Source of the DNA: an uncultured Actinomycetes bacterium | GTDB taxonomy: Bacteria; Actinomycetota; Actinomycetes; Streptosporangiales; Streptosporangiaceae | Assembly: GCA_963836355.1 (NCBI GenBank) | Contig: CAWIJO010000014.1 | Span: forward strand, 169,230 to 233,229 | Direction: 5' to 3' | Length of the DNA stretch: 64,000 bases | Notes under the pieces: model-generated | The model's database searches: none | Seen by the model: only the letters and a program-made list of their open reading frames with translations | What the model was told of the DNA's origin: nothing | Shown: one piece after another, positions 33,958-45,604 of the stretch | Position numbering within the stretch: the first letter of the stretch is position 1 | Layout: each line of letters opens with the position of its first letter | Position numbers and translations under genes: made by a program

Positions 33958-35697
33958 ATGCACGAGTTCCGGGTGTGGGCGCCTGATGCCGGCCGCGCCG
34001 AGGTAGTGCAGGGCGCGCGGCGGCTGGCGCTGGCGCCGGCCGGCGGCGGCTGGTGGGCCCGGCGCGCCCCGGACGCCGGGCCGGGCAGCGAGTACATGTT
34101 CAGCCTGGACGGCGGTCCGCCAAGGCCGGATCCACGCTCGCCCAGCCAGCCCGAAGGGGTGCACGGCCCGTCGAGGGTGGTCGACCAGGCGGCGTTCGCC
34201 TGGTCCGACGGCGGCTGGCGGGGCCTGCCGCTGGCCGGGTCGGTGCTTTACGAGTGCCACATCGGCACCTTCTCTGCCGATGGCACCTTCGACGGCGCGA
34301 TCGGGCACCTGGACCACGTGGCCGGCCTCGGCGTCGACGCCATCGAGCTGATGCCGGTGGCCGAGTTCCCTGGTAGCCGGGGCTGGGGTTACGACGGAAC
34401 CGACCTGTTCGCCCCGCATCATGCCTACGGCGGCCCGGACGGGCTCAAGCGCCTGGTCGACGCCGCGCACGCCCGCGGGCTCGGCGTGATCATGGACGTC
34501 GTTTACAACCACCTCGGCCCGGACGGGAACTACCTGTCGGACTTCGGCCCGTACTTCTCGGCGCTGCACCGGACAAACTGGGGCGCGGCGGTCAACTTCG
34601 ACGGGCCGGGCAGCGCCGAGGTCCGCCGCTTCTTCATCGACAATGCGCTGATGTGGCTGCGCGACTACCACTGCGACGGACTCCGGCTGGACGCCGTGCA
34701 CGCCATCGCCGACGATTCGGCGATCCACATCCTGGAGGAACTGGCCGCCGAGGCAACCGCGCTCGCCGCGCACTGCGGCCGGCCACTCTTGCTCATCGCC
34801 GAGAGCGACCGGAATGACCCGCGCTACGTCCGCAGCCCGGCCACCGGCGGCTACGGCCTCGCCGCATCCTGGGCTGACGAATGGCATCACGCACTGCACG
34901 CCGTCCTCACCGGAGAGAGAACCGGATATTACGAGGATTTCGGACCACTGCCGCTGCTTGCCAAGGCAATGCGGCAGGCGTGGGTCTATGACGGCCGCTA
35001 CTCGCCGTACCGCCAGTGGGTACACGGCCGGTCCCCGGCCGGGCTGAACGGCAGCCAGTTCGTGGTGAGTGCCCAGAACCACGACCAGATCGGGAACCGC
35101 GCCGCTGGCGAGCGGACCGCTGCCATGGTCAGCGACGGCAGGCTCCGGGTGGCTGCCGCGCTGCTGCTCACCACGCCGTTCGTGCCGATGCTGTTCCAGG
35201 GCGAGGAATGGGGGGCCGGTACCCCATTCCAGTACTTCACCGACCACTGCGATCCCGCGCTCGGCCGGTCGGTCAGCGAAGGGCGCCGGGCGGAGTTCGC
35301 CAGCTTCGGCTGGCATCCTGCCGACGTGCCCGATCCGCAGGATCTGGCCACATTCGAGCGGTCCCGGCTGGACTGGGCCGAGCCGCGGCACGAGCCGCAC
35401 GCCAGCCTGCTGGCCTGGCACCGCGAGCTGATCGCGTTGCGGCGGCGAGTCCCGGCGCTGACCGATCCCCGGCTGGACCGGGTCACCGCCGACTGCGACG
35501 CCGGAGCCGGCTGGCTGGTCGTCCGGCGCGGCCCAGTCACGGTGGCAGCTAACCTCGGGAGCGGCAGCTGGACATTCCCGGCGAAGCCGTCGGCGGAGCT
35601 GCTCACGGCCTCCGATCCCAGCGTCAAGCTGGCCGCCGACGGGATGGTACTGCCGCCGGATAGCGCCGTGATCATGGCAGATGCAATGCCTTCGTAA
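33958..35697 (+). CDS. treZ: malto-oligosyltrehalose trehalohydrolase
   Basis: ATG 33958 after GGGGAGG. 'YECHIGTFS', 'GVDAIELMPV', 'GVIMDVVYNHLGPDGNY', 'CDGLRLDAVHAI', 'LIAESD', 'QNHDQIGNRA'. Confidence 0.92.
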   Translation: MHEFRVWAPDAGRAEVVQGARRLALAPAGGGWWARRAPDAGPGSEYMFSLDGGPPRPDPRSPSQPEGVHGPSRVVDQAAFAWSDGGWRGLPLAGSVLYECHIGTFSADGTFDGAIGHLDHVAGLGVDAIELMPVAEFPGSRGWGYDGTDLFAPHHAYGGPDGLKRLVDAAHARGLGVIMDVVYNHLGPDGNYLSDFGPYFSALHRTNWGAAVNFDGPGSAEVRRFFIDNALMWLRDYHCDGLRLDAVHAIADDSAIHILEELAAEATALAAHCGRPLLLIAESDRNDPRYVRSPATGGYGLAASWADEWHHALHAVLTGERTGYYEDFGPLPLLAKAMRQAWVYDGRYSPYRQWVHGRSPAGLNGSQFVVSAQNHDQIGNRAAGERTAAMVSDGRLRVAAALLLTTPFVPMLFQGEEWGAGTPFQYFTDHCDPALGRSVSEGRRAEFASFGWHPADVPDPQDLATFERSRLDWAEPRHEPHASLLAWHRELIALRRRVPALTDPRLDRVTADCDAGAGWLVVRRGPVTVAANLGSGSWTFPAKPSAELLTASDPSVKLAADGMVLPPDSAVIMADAMPS

Positions 35698-35781
35698 CTT
35701 TTCCGGTGCACCATGGCAAGTGCGGCGGGCAGCCTCGGGGGCGCTACCGGGCCAGCTTGCCACCACAACAGCGACGAAAGG

Positions 35782-37908
<2,127 letters not shown>

Positions 37909-38022
37909 GCAGGCCGGCCGGCGGCAGTGGCCGGCGCGAACGCACAGCGGAGCGATTACCAGACCAGCCCGCGCCGGATCTGCGTCTAGCAGCCCCGCCT
38001 GATCCGGGTTCACTCGATTAAC

Positions 38023-39255
38023 ATGCGAGTCATGAACGTGGTGTTCGTCGAGCCGTTCTTCCCCGCCAACCAGCGGCAGTTCGCCCGTGCCCTCGCCGAG
38101 GCGGGCGCGACGGTGTTCGGCGTCGGCGAATATCCGGCCGAGGCGCTGGACGATCAGCTCAGGGGCTGGCTGCACGGTTACCAGCAGGTGCCGTCGGTCA
38201 CCAACACCGAGGCGATGACGGACGCCGTCCGCCAGGTGCAAGAAGGCATCTGGGTGGACCGGATCGAGGCGACGGTCGAGGCGCATACGCTGCCGACAGC
38301 GCAGGTCCGCGAGGCCACCGCGATCCCCGGCACGTCCGTCCGGACAGCCTGGCTGTGCCGGGACAAGCCGTCGATGAAGCAGGCGCTGCGCGAGGCCGGG
38401 GTGCCGACTGCGGCATCGGCCGCCGTCGGCGACGCCGCGGCAGCGCGCGCCTTCGCCGGCCAGGTCGGCTACCCGCTGATCCTCAAGCCGCGCAGCGGCG
38501 CCGGCGCGGCAGACACGATGCGGGTCGATGACGCCGCCGGGCTGGAGCGTGCGCTGGGAGTCTTCGGCGAGCACGGGGCCGACTCGATCGCGGTGGAGGA
38601 ATTCATCGAGGGGCACGAGGGCTTTTACGACACCATCACGGTCAACGGGAAAGTGGCATTGGACTTCGCCTCGCACTACTACCCGAACGTGCTGGAGGCG
38701 ATGCGGACCAGGTGGATCTCGCCCCAGTTCATCACCACCAACCGGATCGACACTGCGCCGGAGTACGCCGAACTGCGCGAGATGGGCCGCCGGGTGAACG
38801 CCGCCCTCGGGATCGGGACATCGGCGACGCACATGGAGTGGTTCTTCGGCCGCAATGGGCTGCGGTTCTCCGAGATCGGCTGCCGCCCGCCCGGCGTGGG
38901 CGCCTGGGACCTCTACGCGGCCGGCAACGAGATCGACATCTACCGCGAGTGGGCAGCGGCCATCGTGGGCGGCCAGGTCCGCTCGGCGCCGTCCCGCCGC
39001 TACGCCAGCGGGATGGTCGCGCTGCGCCCCGACCATGACGGGCAGATCACCGGCTACAGCGGGGTCGCCGAGCTTGAGCAGCGGTACGCCGAGTGGGTCA
39101 TCGACTCGCACCTGCCGCCGGCCGGAACGGCGACCCAGTCAGTGGCGGCCGGGTACATGGCCAACGCCTACGTGCGGATGCGCCACCCGGATTACGACAC
39201 GCTGCGCGCGATGCTCGACACGGTCGGTGCCACCTTGCATGTCTACGCCTCGTGA
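38023..39255 (+). CDS. ATP-grasp domain protein (carboxylate-amine ligase-like)
   Basis: 410 aa. 'CRDKPSMKQALREAGVPTA', 'GYPLILKPRSGAGAADTMRV', 'IAVEEFIEGHEG', 'THMEWFF..NGLRFSEIGCRPPG'. Start at 38023 or 38032. Confidence 0.75.
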   Translation: MRVMNVVFVEPFFPANQRQFARALAEAGATVFGVGEYPAEALDDQLRGWLHGYQQVPSVTNTEAMTDAVRQVQEGIWVDRIEATVEAHTLPTAQVREATAIPGTSVRTAWLCRDKPSMKQALREAGVPTAASAAVGDAAAARAFAGQVGYPLILKPRSGAGAADTMRVDDAAGLERALGVFGEHGADSIAVEEFIEGHEGFYDTITVNGKVALDFASHYYPNVLEAMRTRWISPQFITTNRIDTAPEYAELREMGRRVNAALGIGTSATHMEWFFGRNGLRFSEIGCRPPGVGAWDLYAAGNEIDIYREWAAAIVGGQVRSAPSRRYASGMVALRPDHDGQITGYSGVAELEQRYAEWVIDSHLPPAGTATQSVAAGYMANAYVRMRHPDYDTLRAMLDTVGATLHVYAS

Positions 39256-40169
39256 GGGTGACCCTGCTCGGGCCGCAGCGCAGGCCGACGGTTGACTCGG
39301 TCGTCGCGTCGCTCCGGCTGACCGGGCCGCTCGCCACCATCACGGCCGGCTGGCAGGAGCGCGAGGCCGCTGACGGCGAGCTCAGCGCGCGGCTTGGCGG
39401 CAATGACGTCAACCTTGCGCTCTACCGCCGCTGGCTTGACGTGCAGGAACGGGATCCGGACTTTGCCGCGGCCGACTGGCGGCTGCGCGGCGTGCTGGCC
39501 GAGGTGCAGGACAGCTACCTGCTCCGGCTGGACTATGCGCTGCGCGCGGTCTACGCCCTCCAGCGCCACAGCGGCGATCCCCGGCTCAGGGATGATGCCG
39601 TCACCGAGGCCATTGCCGCGGTCCGCGATCTCGACGCCGCCCAGCTGCGCCGGGTGAACGAGATCAGCGGCGAGTTCTACCAGGCCTGGCAGCCGCATGA
39701 CCGGCCGGTGATCGCGGCGCACCGGGCCGAGGTGACCGCACTGCTCAGCAGCGCGGCTGGGCTGGTGCTGGCCGGCGGCCACGTCGCAGTGCTGGCGGGC
39801 GTGCTGCACCTGTTCAACATCGCCGCGGCACTGCGGTCGCCGGTGATTGCCTGGTCAGCCGGGGCAATGGCGCTGACCGACCGGATCGTGCTCTTCCACG
39901 ACAAGGCACCGCAGGGACCCGGACACCCGGAGGTGTACGGCAGCGGCCTGAGCCTGCTGCGCGACGTCGTGCTGCTGCCGCACGCCAGGGCGCGGCTGCT
40001 GCTTGACGATGCGTCCCGGATGGCCGTCTTTGCCCGGAGGTTCGGGCAGGCCAGCTGTATCCTGCTGGAAACCGGCACGCGGATCGACATCGACGGCGAC
40101 GGCGGCTACCAGCCAAACGCCAGGGTGCTCGCTGCCGATGGCCGAGTGACCTCCCAGGAGGCAGCCTGA
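39252..40169 (+). CDS. peptidase-S51 (cyanophycinase/peptidase E)-like protein
   Basis: GTG 39252 overlaps the upstream stop (GTGA). '...LVLAGGHVAVLAGVLHLFNI...PVIAWSAGAMAL' resembles the GG(N/D)...SAGA nucleophile region of S51 hydrolases. Confidence 0.55.
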   Translation: MRVTLLGPQRRPTVDSVVASLRLTGPLATITAGWQEREAADGELSARLGGNDVNLALYRRWLDVQERDPDFAAADWRLRGVLAEVQDSYLLRLDYALRAVYALQRHSGDPRLRDDAVTEAIAAVRDLDAAQLRRVNEISGEFYQAWQPHDRPVIAAHRAEVTALLSSAAGLVLAGGHVAVLAGVLHLFNIAAALRSPVIAWSAGAMALTDRIVLFHDKAPQGPGHPEVYGSGLSLLRDVVLLPHARARLLLDDASRMAVFARRFGQASCILLETGTRIDIDGDGGYQPNARVLAADGRVTSQEAA

Positions 40170-41335
40170 CCAGCTGGAGCGGTGCGGGCCTGGGCCGCAA
40201 GCTCGCTATCACCAGACTCCGGGATCGGCGGCCGCAGGACCCGGCGATCATCGACCGGTTCCTCGCCAGGCACCAGGTGCCCATCGTCGAGGGTGCCCGC
40301 TGCACGTTCCTCTACCGTGGCGAGGCCGACGAGGTCGGCATCGTGCACCGGGTCGTCGGGCTGCCGGAACGCATCCCGCTGCGCCGGCTGCACCGGACCG
40401 ACCTGTGGTACGTGGTGCTGGAGCTGCCGGCCGGATCGCGGATCGAGTACCGGCTGGAGGTGACCAGCGGCGGGCGGCACGAGCGGATCAACGACCCGCT
40501 GAACCCACGGCTCGCGTACAGCCCGGTCGGCAACTCCTCGGTCTGCTACGCCAGCGGGTACGAGGTGCCCGAGTGGGCCAGGCCGGATCCGGACGCCCGC
40601 CGCGGCTCGCTGACCGACCTCAAGGTAACGAGCCGGGCACTGCGCCGGGATTGCCCGGTAACCCTCTACATGCCTGCCCGGATCCTGCGTAATTCCCGGT
40701 ATCCACTGCTCGTGGTGCACGACGGCAGTGACTACCTGCAATACGCGTCGGCCGGCACGGTGCTGGACAACCTGATTCACCGGCTTGACATAGCCGAGAT
40801 CATCGTGGCGTTCAGCTCGCCTGGCGAGCGGCTGACCGAGTACGCCAATTCGGCAGCCCACGCCCGGTTCCTGACCGCCGAGTTGCTGCCCCGGCTGGAG
40901 GCCGAGTTCCCGCTGACGGGCATGCCGGCCGGCCGGTGCCTGATGGGGGCAAGCTTCGGCGCGGTCGCGGCCTTGTCAACCGCGTACCGTTACCCCCGGA
41001 TGTATGGCTCGCTGCTGCTGCAATCCGGCTCGTTCGTGTTCACCGACATCGGCCACGATCACGGTGGCGGGCCGGCCTTCGAGCCGGTAGTGCGGTTCGT
41101 CAACCGGTACCGGGCAGCCCCGCGGAAGGTCGCGGACCGGGTGTTCGTCAGCTGCGGGGTCTACGAGCCGCTGATCGTGCGCAACCGGTCCATGGTGCCG
41201 ACGTTCGAGGCGGCCGGGATGGATGTCCGCTACGTCGAGGCAAGGGACGGGCACAGCTGGGAGAACTGGCGCGATCGGCTGCAGGAAGGGTTGTCATGGA
41301 TATTTCCTGGTCCGCAGAAATTCGTCTACGAGTGA
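40166..41335 (+). CDS. esterase-family protein with N-terminal E-set-like domain (enterochelin-esterase-like)
   Basis: 'TFLYRGEADEV...YVVLELPAGSRIEYRLEV' (Ig-like N-domain), 'YPLLVVHDGSDY', nucleophile elbow 'GASFGA'. The track ORF starts at GTG 40277, but family-like sequence (AIIDRFLARHQVPIVEG) continues upstream with no ATG/GTG/TTG. CTG 40166 sits 4 nt after AGGAGG and overlaps the upstream stop (CTGA). Confidence 0.7.
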   Translation: MTSWSGAGLGRKLAITRLRDRRPQDPAIIDRFLARHQVPIVEGARCTFLYRGEADEVGIVHRVVGLPERIPLRRLHRTDLWYVVLELPAGSRIEYRLEVTSGGRHERINDPLNPRLAYSPVGNSSVCYASGYEVPEWARPDPDARRGSLTDLKVTSRALRRDCPVTLYMPARILRNSRYPLLVVHDGSDYLQYASAGTVLDNLIHRLDIAEIIVAFSSPGERLTEYANSAAHARFLTAELLPRLEAEFPLTGMPAGRCLMGASFGAVAALSTAYRYPRMYGSLLLQSGSFVFTDIGHDHGGGPAFEPVVRFVNRYRAAPRKVADRVFVSCGVYEPLIVRNRSMVPTFEAAGMDVRYVEARDGHSWENWRDRLQEGLSWIFPGPQKFVYE

Positions 41336-41342
41336 CCTGGGG

Positions 41343-42077
41343 ATGGCCGCGGTGAAGGCAGTCGAGCGGTGGTTCTCGGCCCGGTTGCAGCGCGAGATCA
41401 CGGTGGCCAGGTGGGGGACGTACGGCCGGCCGGTGCTTGTCTTCCCCTCGGCTGGCGGCGACGCCGCTGAGGTCGAGCGCAACGGCCTGGTCGGCGCGTG
41501 CTGGCCGCTGATCGCCGAGGGCCGGATCAAGCTGTACTCGGCGGACAGCGTGGCCGGGCAGGCGATGATCGTGAAGGAAGGCCCGCCGGAGCACCGGCTG
41601 TGGCTGCTCAACCAGTTCCACGAGTGCATCCGGCACGAGATCGTCCCGGCGATCCACTCGGACCTGGGCGGCCATGCGGTCGACGTGATCGCCTGCGGAG
41701 CATCGATCGGGGCGTTCAACTCGGTGGCGGTGCTGTGCCGGTACCCGGACGTGTTCTGCGCGGCGATCGGCATGAGCGGCAGTTACCGGATCGAGCAATT
41801 TTACGATAAGGCTTGGACGCAGGACCTGTATTTCTCTTCGCCGCTGCAGTTCGTGCCGGGGCTTGACGGGCCGCAGCTTGACCGGCTCAAGGAGCGGTTC
41901 GCGATCCTCGCGTCGGGGACTGGCCGGTGGGAGGACGTCGGCCAGTCATGGCTGATGGCCTCGGTGCTCGGCGGGAAGGGAATTCCCAACCGGGTGGACG
42001 ACTGGGGCCCGGATTGGGAGCACGACTGGCCGACCTGGCGGGCGATGCTGCCGCAGTACCTGGCCGAACTGGCCTGA
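41343..42077 (+). CDS. esterase-family (alpha/beta hydrolase, PF00756-like) protein
   Basis: Start at MAAVKAVERWFS. 'RPVLVFPSAGGD', 'GASIGAFNS' nucleophile elbow, 'DDWGPDWEHDWPTW'. Confidence 0.7.
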   Translation: MAAVKAVERWFSARLQREITVARWGTYGRPVLVFPSAGGDAAEVERNGLVGACWPLIAEGRIKLYSADSVAGQAMIVKEGPPEHRLWLLNQFHECIRHEIVPAIHSDLGGHAVDVIACGASIGAFNSVAVLCRYPDVFCAAIGMSGSYRIEQFYDKAWTQDLYFSSPLQFVPGLDGPQLDRLKERFAILASGTGRWEDVGQSWLMASVLGGKGIPNRVDDWGPDWEHDWPTWRAMLPQYLAELA

Positions 42078-42092
42078 CGACGGGAGGCCCGG

Positions 42093-43358
42093 GTGGATTG
42101 CGTGGATGGCGAAGTCAGGCACCTGGTAGGCCTGCTGCTCGGCACCGAAGACGACTGGCCGCGCGCGTTCGAGCACCTGCTGGCCAGCGTCGGCCCGGTT
42201 TCAGACGACGCGGGCCTGCCGCACGTATTCGGCACCGAGCGGCTGACCATCGAGCCGTTCTCGCTGCGGTCGAAGCCGCGTACGGATCTCGTCGTGGACC
42301 GGCTGGCTTACTGGTATTACCACCCGCGGGAATGGCTCAAGAAAATCTCGCTGATGGACAACGTGTACCTGCTGAACTCCCCGTTCACGTTCCAGTCGAT
42401 GGAGAAGCACGCGGCGTACTGCGCGATGATGCGGCTGGGCATGAAGGTGCCGGAGACCGTGCTGGTGCCGTACAAGAACCCGCCCGGCCATGACAAGTAC
42501 ACGCACACGGCGCAGCGCTACAACAAGCCATTCGACCTCGACGCCATTGCCGAGCAGATCGGGTATCCGCTGTACATGAAGCCGTACGACGGCGGCGGCT
42601 GGCGCGGGGTGTCGCGGATCCGCAATCCGGACGAGCTGCATCGTGCGTACAACGAGTCCGGCGAGATGCTGATGCACTTGCAGGCGTCCGTCGAGGGCTA
42701 CGACGTGTTCGCCAGGGCACTGTCCATCGGCGCCGAGACGATGGTGATGCGGTTCGACCCGGGCGCGCCGATGCACAGCCGGTATCAGGTGGACCACGCG
42801 TTCCTCACGCCGGACACTGGCGCCGAGGTGGTCTCGATCTCGAAGATCATCAATGCGTTCTTCCGGTGGGAATTCAACTCCTGCGAGGTGCTCGTCAAGG
42901 GCGGCGGGGTCTACCCGATCGACTATGCGAATGCCTGCCCGGATGTGGCGGTGACGTCGCTGCACTATTACTTCCCGTGGGCGATGCAGGCGATGGTGAA
43001 GTGGGTGGTCTTCTGCCTGGTTACCGGCCGGCGGCCGCGACTCGATCTGGATACACGGGCGTACTTCGAGATCGGCGACAGCGCTGACCTGAGCTACCAG
43101 GAGAAGCTGGCCGGGTACCGGCAGCTGGCCGACACGTACTTCTCGGTCGACGCCTACCGGGAGTTCTGCGAATCCCGGCTGCCGGACATCGGTCAGCGGC
43201 TGCTCGACTGGGTAAGCGGGCCTTCCTTTGACGCGCTGCTGGTGGACACGGTCAAATCCACGTACCCGGTGCACGAGCAGGACCGCTTCTTGGCTCACTT
43301 CCGCGGCCTGGTCTCCCTCTGGACCCAGCAGCAGGCAGTCCGGCACCCGGGATCATGA
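42093..43358 (+). CDS. ATP-grasp-fold protein (RimK/glutathione-synthase-like)
   Basis: GTG 42093 five nt after GGGAGG. 'MEKHAAYCAMMRLGMKVPETVLV', 'GYPLYMKPYDGGGWRGVSRI', 'YPIDYANACPD'. Confidence 0.65.
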   Translation: MDCVDGEVRHLVGLLLGTEDDWPRAFEHLLASVGPVSDDAGLPHVFGTERLTIEPFSLRSKPRTDLVVDRLAYWYYHPREWLKKISLMDNVYLLNSPFTFQSMEKHAAYCAMMRLGMKVPETVLVPYKNPPGHDKYTHTAQRYNKPFDLDAIAEQIGYPLYMKPYDGGGWRGVSRIRNPDELHRAYNESGEMLMHLQASVEGYDVFARALSIGAETMVMRFDPGAPMHSRYQVDHAFLTPDTGAEVVSISKIINAFFRWEFNSCEVLVKGGGVYPIDYANACPDVAVTSLHYYFPWAMQAMVKWVVFCLVTGRRPRLDLDTRAYFEIGDSADLSYQEKLAGYRQLADTYFSVDAYREFCESRLPDIGQRLLDWVSGPSFDALLVDTVKSTYPVHEQDRFLAHFRGLVSLWTQQQAVRHPGS

Positions 43359-43374
43359 AAGCGCGAGCCCCGGC

Positions 43375-44037
43375 CTACCCGGCCGGGTGATCGATGTCGA
43401 CCGAAGGCAGATCCTGTACCTCCTGCTTGGTGATGCTGAGGTGGATACCCCCTTCGACACCGGTCACCGCGCTGATCGGGATGGCCACTTCCTTGCGGCC
43501 CCACAAATGGCCTTCCTGCAGCAGGACATGGGTCACGTGCCGGTCAGCAGGGTCGATGACCAGGCCCTGGACTCGCCCGATGTCGCCGTCGGTGGCGTGC
43601 ACGTGCTCACCGCGGCGCACGTCCACCTCGCCCAGCGGGACCTTGTCGTAGGTGACCGTCTGCGAGACGCCAGCCATATCTACGTCCATTGCGCCGGGCA
43701 CGCCGATGCCACCGCCCAGGCCGTAGTAAGGCATGGAAACCACCTGCCCGGGGCCGTAGGCGGCGTAACCACTGCTGCCGGGTATGAACTGGGTTTCCTC
43801 GGCGGAGTCGAGCTGCTCGAATGCCGCCACGGTGCAGCGCAGCCGGATCTCTCCCGCCGTGGCGTCGACGAGGTCAAGCGGGACAAGCCGGGCGAGCCCT
43901 TCCCGGTGCTTCGGCTCGACCACCAGGTGCGTCACCGCGCGGGCGACCGGGTCGACCACCACGCGCCGCAGCTTGCCGCAGTCGCCGTCACTGCAGCTGA
44001 CCTCGGCCCCGATGGTGAACTCCGCCATTTCTGCCAT
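43375..44037 (-). CDS. PRC-barrel domain protein (two barrels)
   Basis: 'VSCSDGDCGKLRRVVVDPVARAVTHLVVEP' and 'VHATDGDIGRVQGLVIDPADRHVTHVLLQEG' are two PRC-barrel-type repeats. Confidence 0.7.
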   Translation of the reverse strand: MAEMAEFTIGAEVSCSDGDCGKLRRVVVDPVARAVTHLVVEPKHREGLARLVPLDLVDATAGEIRLRCTVAAFEQLDSAEETQFIPGSSGYAAYGPGQVVSMPYYGLGGGIGVPGAMDVDMAGVSQTVTYDKVPLGEVDVRRGEHVHATDGDIGRVQGLVIDPADRHVTHVLLQEGHLWGRKEVAIPISAVTGVEGGIHLSITKQEVQDLPSVDIDHPAG

Positions 44038-44209
44038 ACCGCTACTCTCCCCGAATCCCGGACTGCCGGCGTCAATTTTGCCAGCAGCGGAGCCCGCGGG
44101 CCTTGCGGCGCGCCCATGACCCGGCGGCCCGCGTCAGGACCTTAGGCTCTGGCCTGCGGCGATGGACTGAGACAGGCTGGGCAGAGGAAGCGAAACGAGG
44201 GGTGCGCAG

Positions 44210-44308
44210 ATGAAGTGGTTGATTCTGGCGATACTCGCAGTCGTTGCCGTAGCCGTGCTCGCGGGCAAGGACGACATTCTCCGCTACCGGAAGATCAAGC
44301 GGATGTGA
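44210..44308 (+). CDS. 32-aa single-TM micro-protein (MKWLILAILAVVAVAVLAGKDDILRYRKIKRM)
   Basis: Absent from the ORF track. ATG 44210 with GAGGGG about 8 nt upstream. Same architecture and RY-x5-M-stop ending as the ORF at 2194-2298. Confidence 0.5.
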   Translation: MKWLILAILAVVAVAVLAGKDDILRYRKIKRM

Positions 44309-44678
44309 GCTGGCCGGCGCCTATACCGGGATGCTCAGCGCGTGCGCCGGTGCACGACGACCACGCTGAGACGAGACAGGTCGTGCAGCGCGAACGCGAC
44401 GCCGCCCTGGACGATCAGGTGCGCGGGGTGGCCGGGACGCCTTCCCCGTCCCGGTCCAGGCGACCCTGGCCCGGGACGGCTGCATGCCTGATGCCCCGCC
44501 TGCCATCTCGGGCCAGCCCGTGTTCAGCGGAAAGCCCGGGCCGGAGGAGCCGGCCTGGGCTTCCTCCCATAAGCATCTCCTTATTCCTGGATTGCCCGCG
44601 GGCACTGCAGCCGCAATTATCGGCCGAGGCACGCGCGTTGTCGCGCGTCGTCGCGCGCGTCCCCAGGAGGGAGGGTGC

Positions 44679-45566
44679 ATGGAGGATCTGCCGCAATTCG
44701 GGCACGGGGCATTCAGCGTCGATCATTTCGTTGCGCTGCTCTCCCAGCCATGTCCGCAGGCTAGTGGGCCAGCCAGCGATCTGGGCCTGTTCGCGCTGAT
44801 GACACTCCGGCTGGCCGGGCCGGCCGCACTTGGCGACTTAGCCGATCCCGCGGACCTGTGCTATGTCCGCATTGCCGGGGGCGAACTGCGGATCGGGGCG
44901 CTGACCAGGCATGCAGAATTGCTCAGCTCGGCGGTGGCTGGCGAGCATTTCGCTGTCCTGCGCGATGCCAGCGGGGTTATTGCCGGCCGGAGCGTGCGCT
45001 GCAGCAAGACCATCGGCGGCATGCTGTGCCAGGCTGACCCGGCCGAGGACATTGCCGCCGTATTCGCCGCCCTGCAGGGAAGCATGGTGATCCGGGGCCG
45101 CGACGGCACGAGAACCGTTTCCGCGCGCGACTTCCACCCAGGACCGTACGAGACCGTGGTCGAGCCAGGCGAGCTGCTTACCGAGATCCGGATCCCGATC
45201 AGGCCTGGCGGCAGTGCCTATGCGAAAGCGCCGCGGCGAGTCGGCAACTGCCCGGTTACGGGGGCTGCCGCCGCCATCTGGCTGCACGGCGACACGGTGG
45301 CCGCAGCTGGCCTCGGGCTTACCCCAGGCGCGGCGCGGCACCCTGGCACGGCGCGGGCAGAGCAGTTCCTGGCCGGCCAGCGTGCGGTGCAGGCGAACCT
45401 TGCGCGGGCCGGCCGGATCGTAGCCGAGCACTGCGGGTGCTCCCCGGATCTGCGGGACCCGGCCAGCGGCAGCCAGTGCACGGCCGGCGATCTCACTACC
45501 CGGGCTCTTGGTCGCGCTCTGCTGCGGGCCCGGGGGCTGGACGCCGGGCTGGCAGATTCCGGTTAG
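44679..45566 (+). CDS. CoxM/CutM-like FAD-binding subunit of molybdopterin dehydrogenases, degenerate and orphan
   Basis: ATG 44679 after AGGAGGGAGGG. 'MTLRLAGPAALGDL', 'LRIGALTRHAELL', 'KTIGGMLCQADPAEDIAAVFAALQGSMVIRGRDGTRTVSARDFHPGPYETVVEPGELLTEIRIP' fit the family. The expected 'AGGQSL' FAD motif reads 'SGPASDLGL'. Confidence 0.6.
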   Translation: MEDLPQFGHGAFSVDHFVALLSQPCPQASGPASDLGLFALMTLRLAGPAALGDLADPADLCYVRIAGGELRIGALTRHAELLSSAVAGEHFAVLRDASGVIAGRSVRCSKTIGGMLCQADPAEDIAAVFAALQGSMVIRGRDGTRTVSARDFHPGPYETVVEPGELLTEIRIPIRPGGSAYAKAPRRVGNCPVTGAAAAIWLHGDTVAAAGLGLTPGAARHPGTARAEQFLAGQRAVQANLARAGRIVAEHCGCSPDLRDPASGSQCTAGDLTTRALGRALLRARGLDAGLADSG

Positions 45567-45604
45567 GGTCCGCGCCGCGGAAGGCCGCTATCGGCTGCGG
45601 CCGG

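Noticed and set aside
44321-44680. 119-aa minus-strand ORF between the micro-ORF and the CoxM-like gene
   Set aside because: Arg-rich, low-GC3 reading. A different minus frame shows a short protein-like tail (…HLIVQGGVAFALHDLSRLSVVVVHRR), but it is too short to call.
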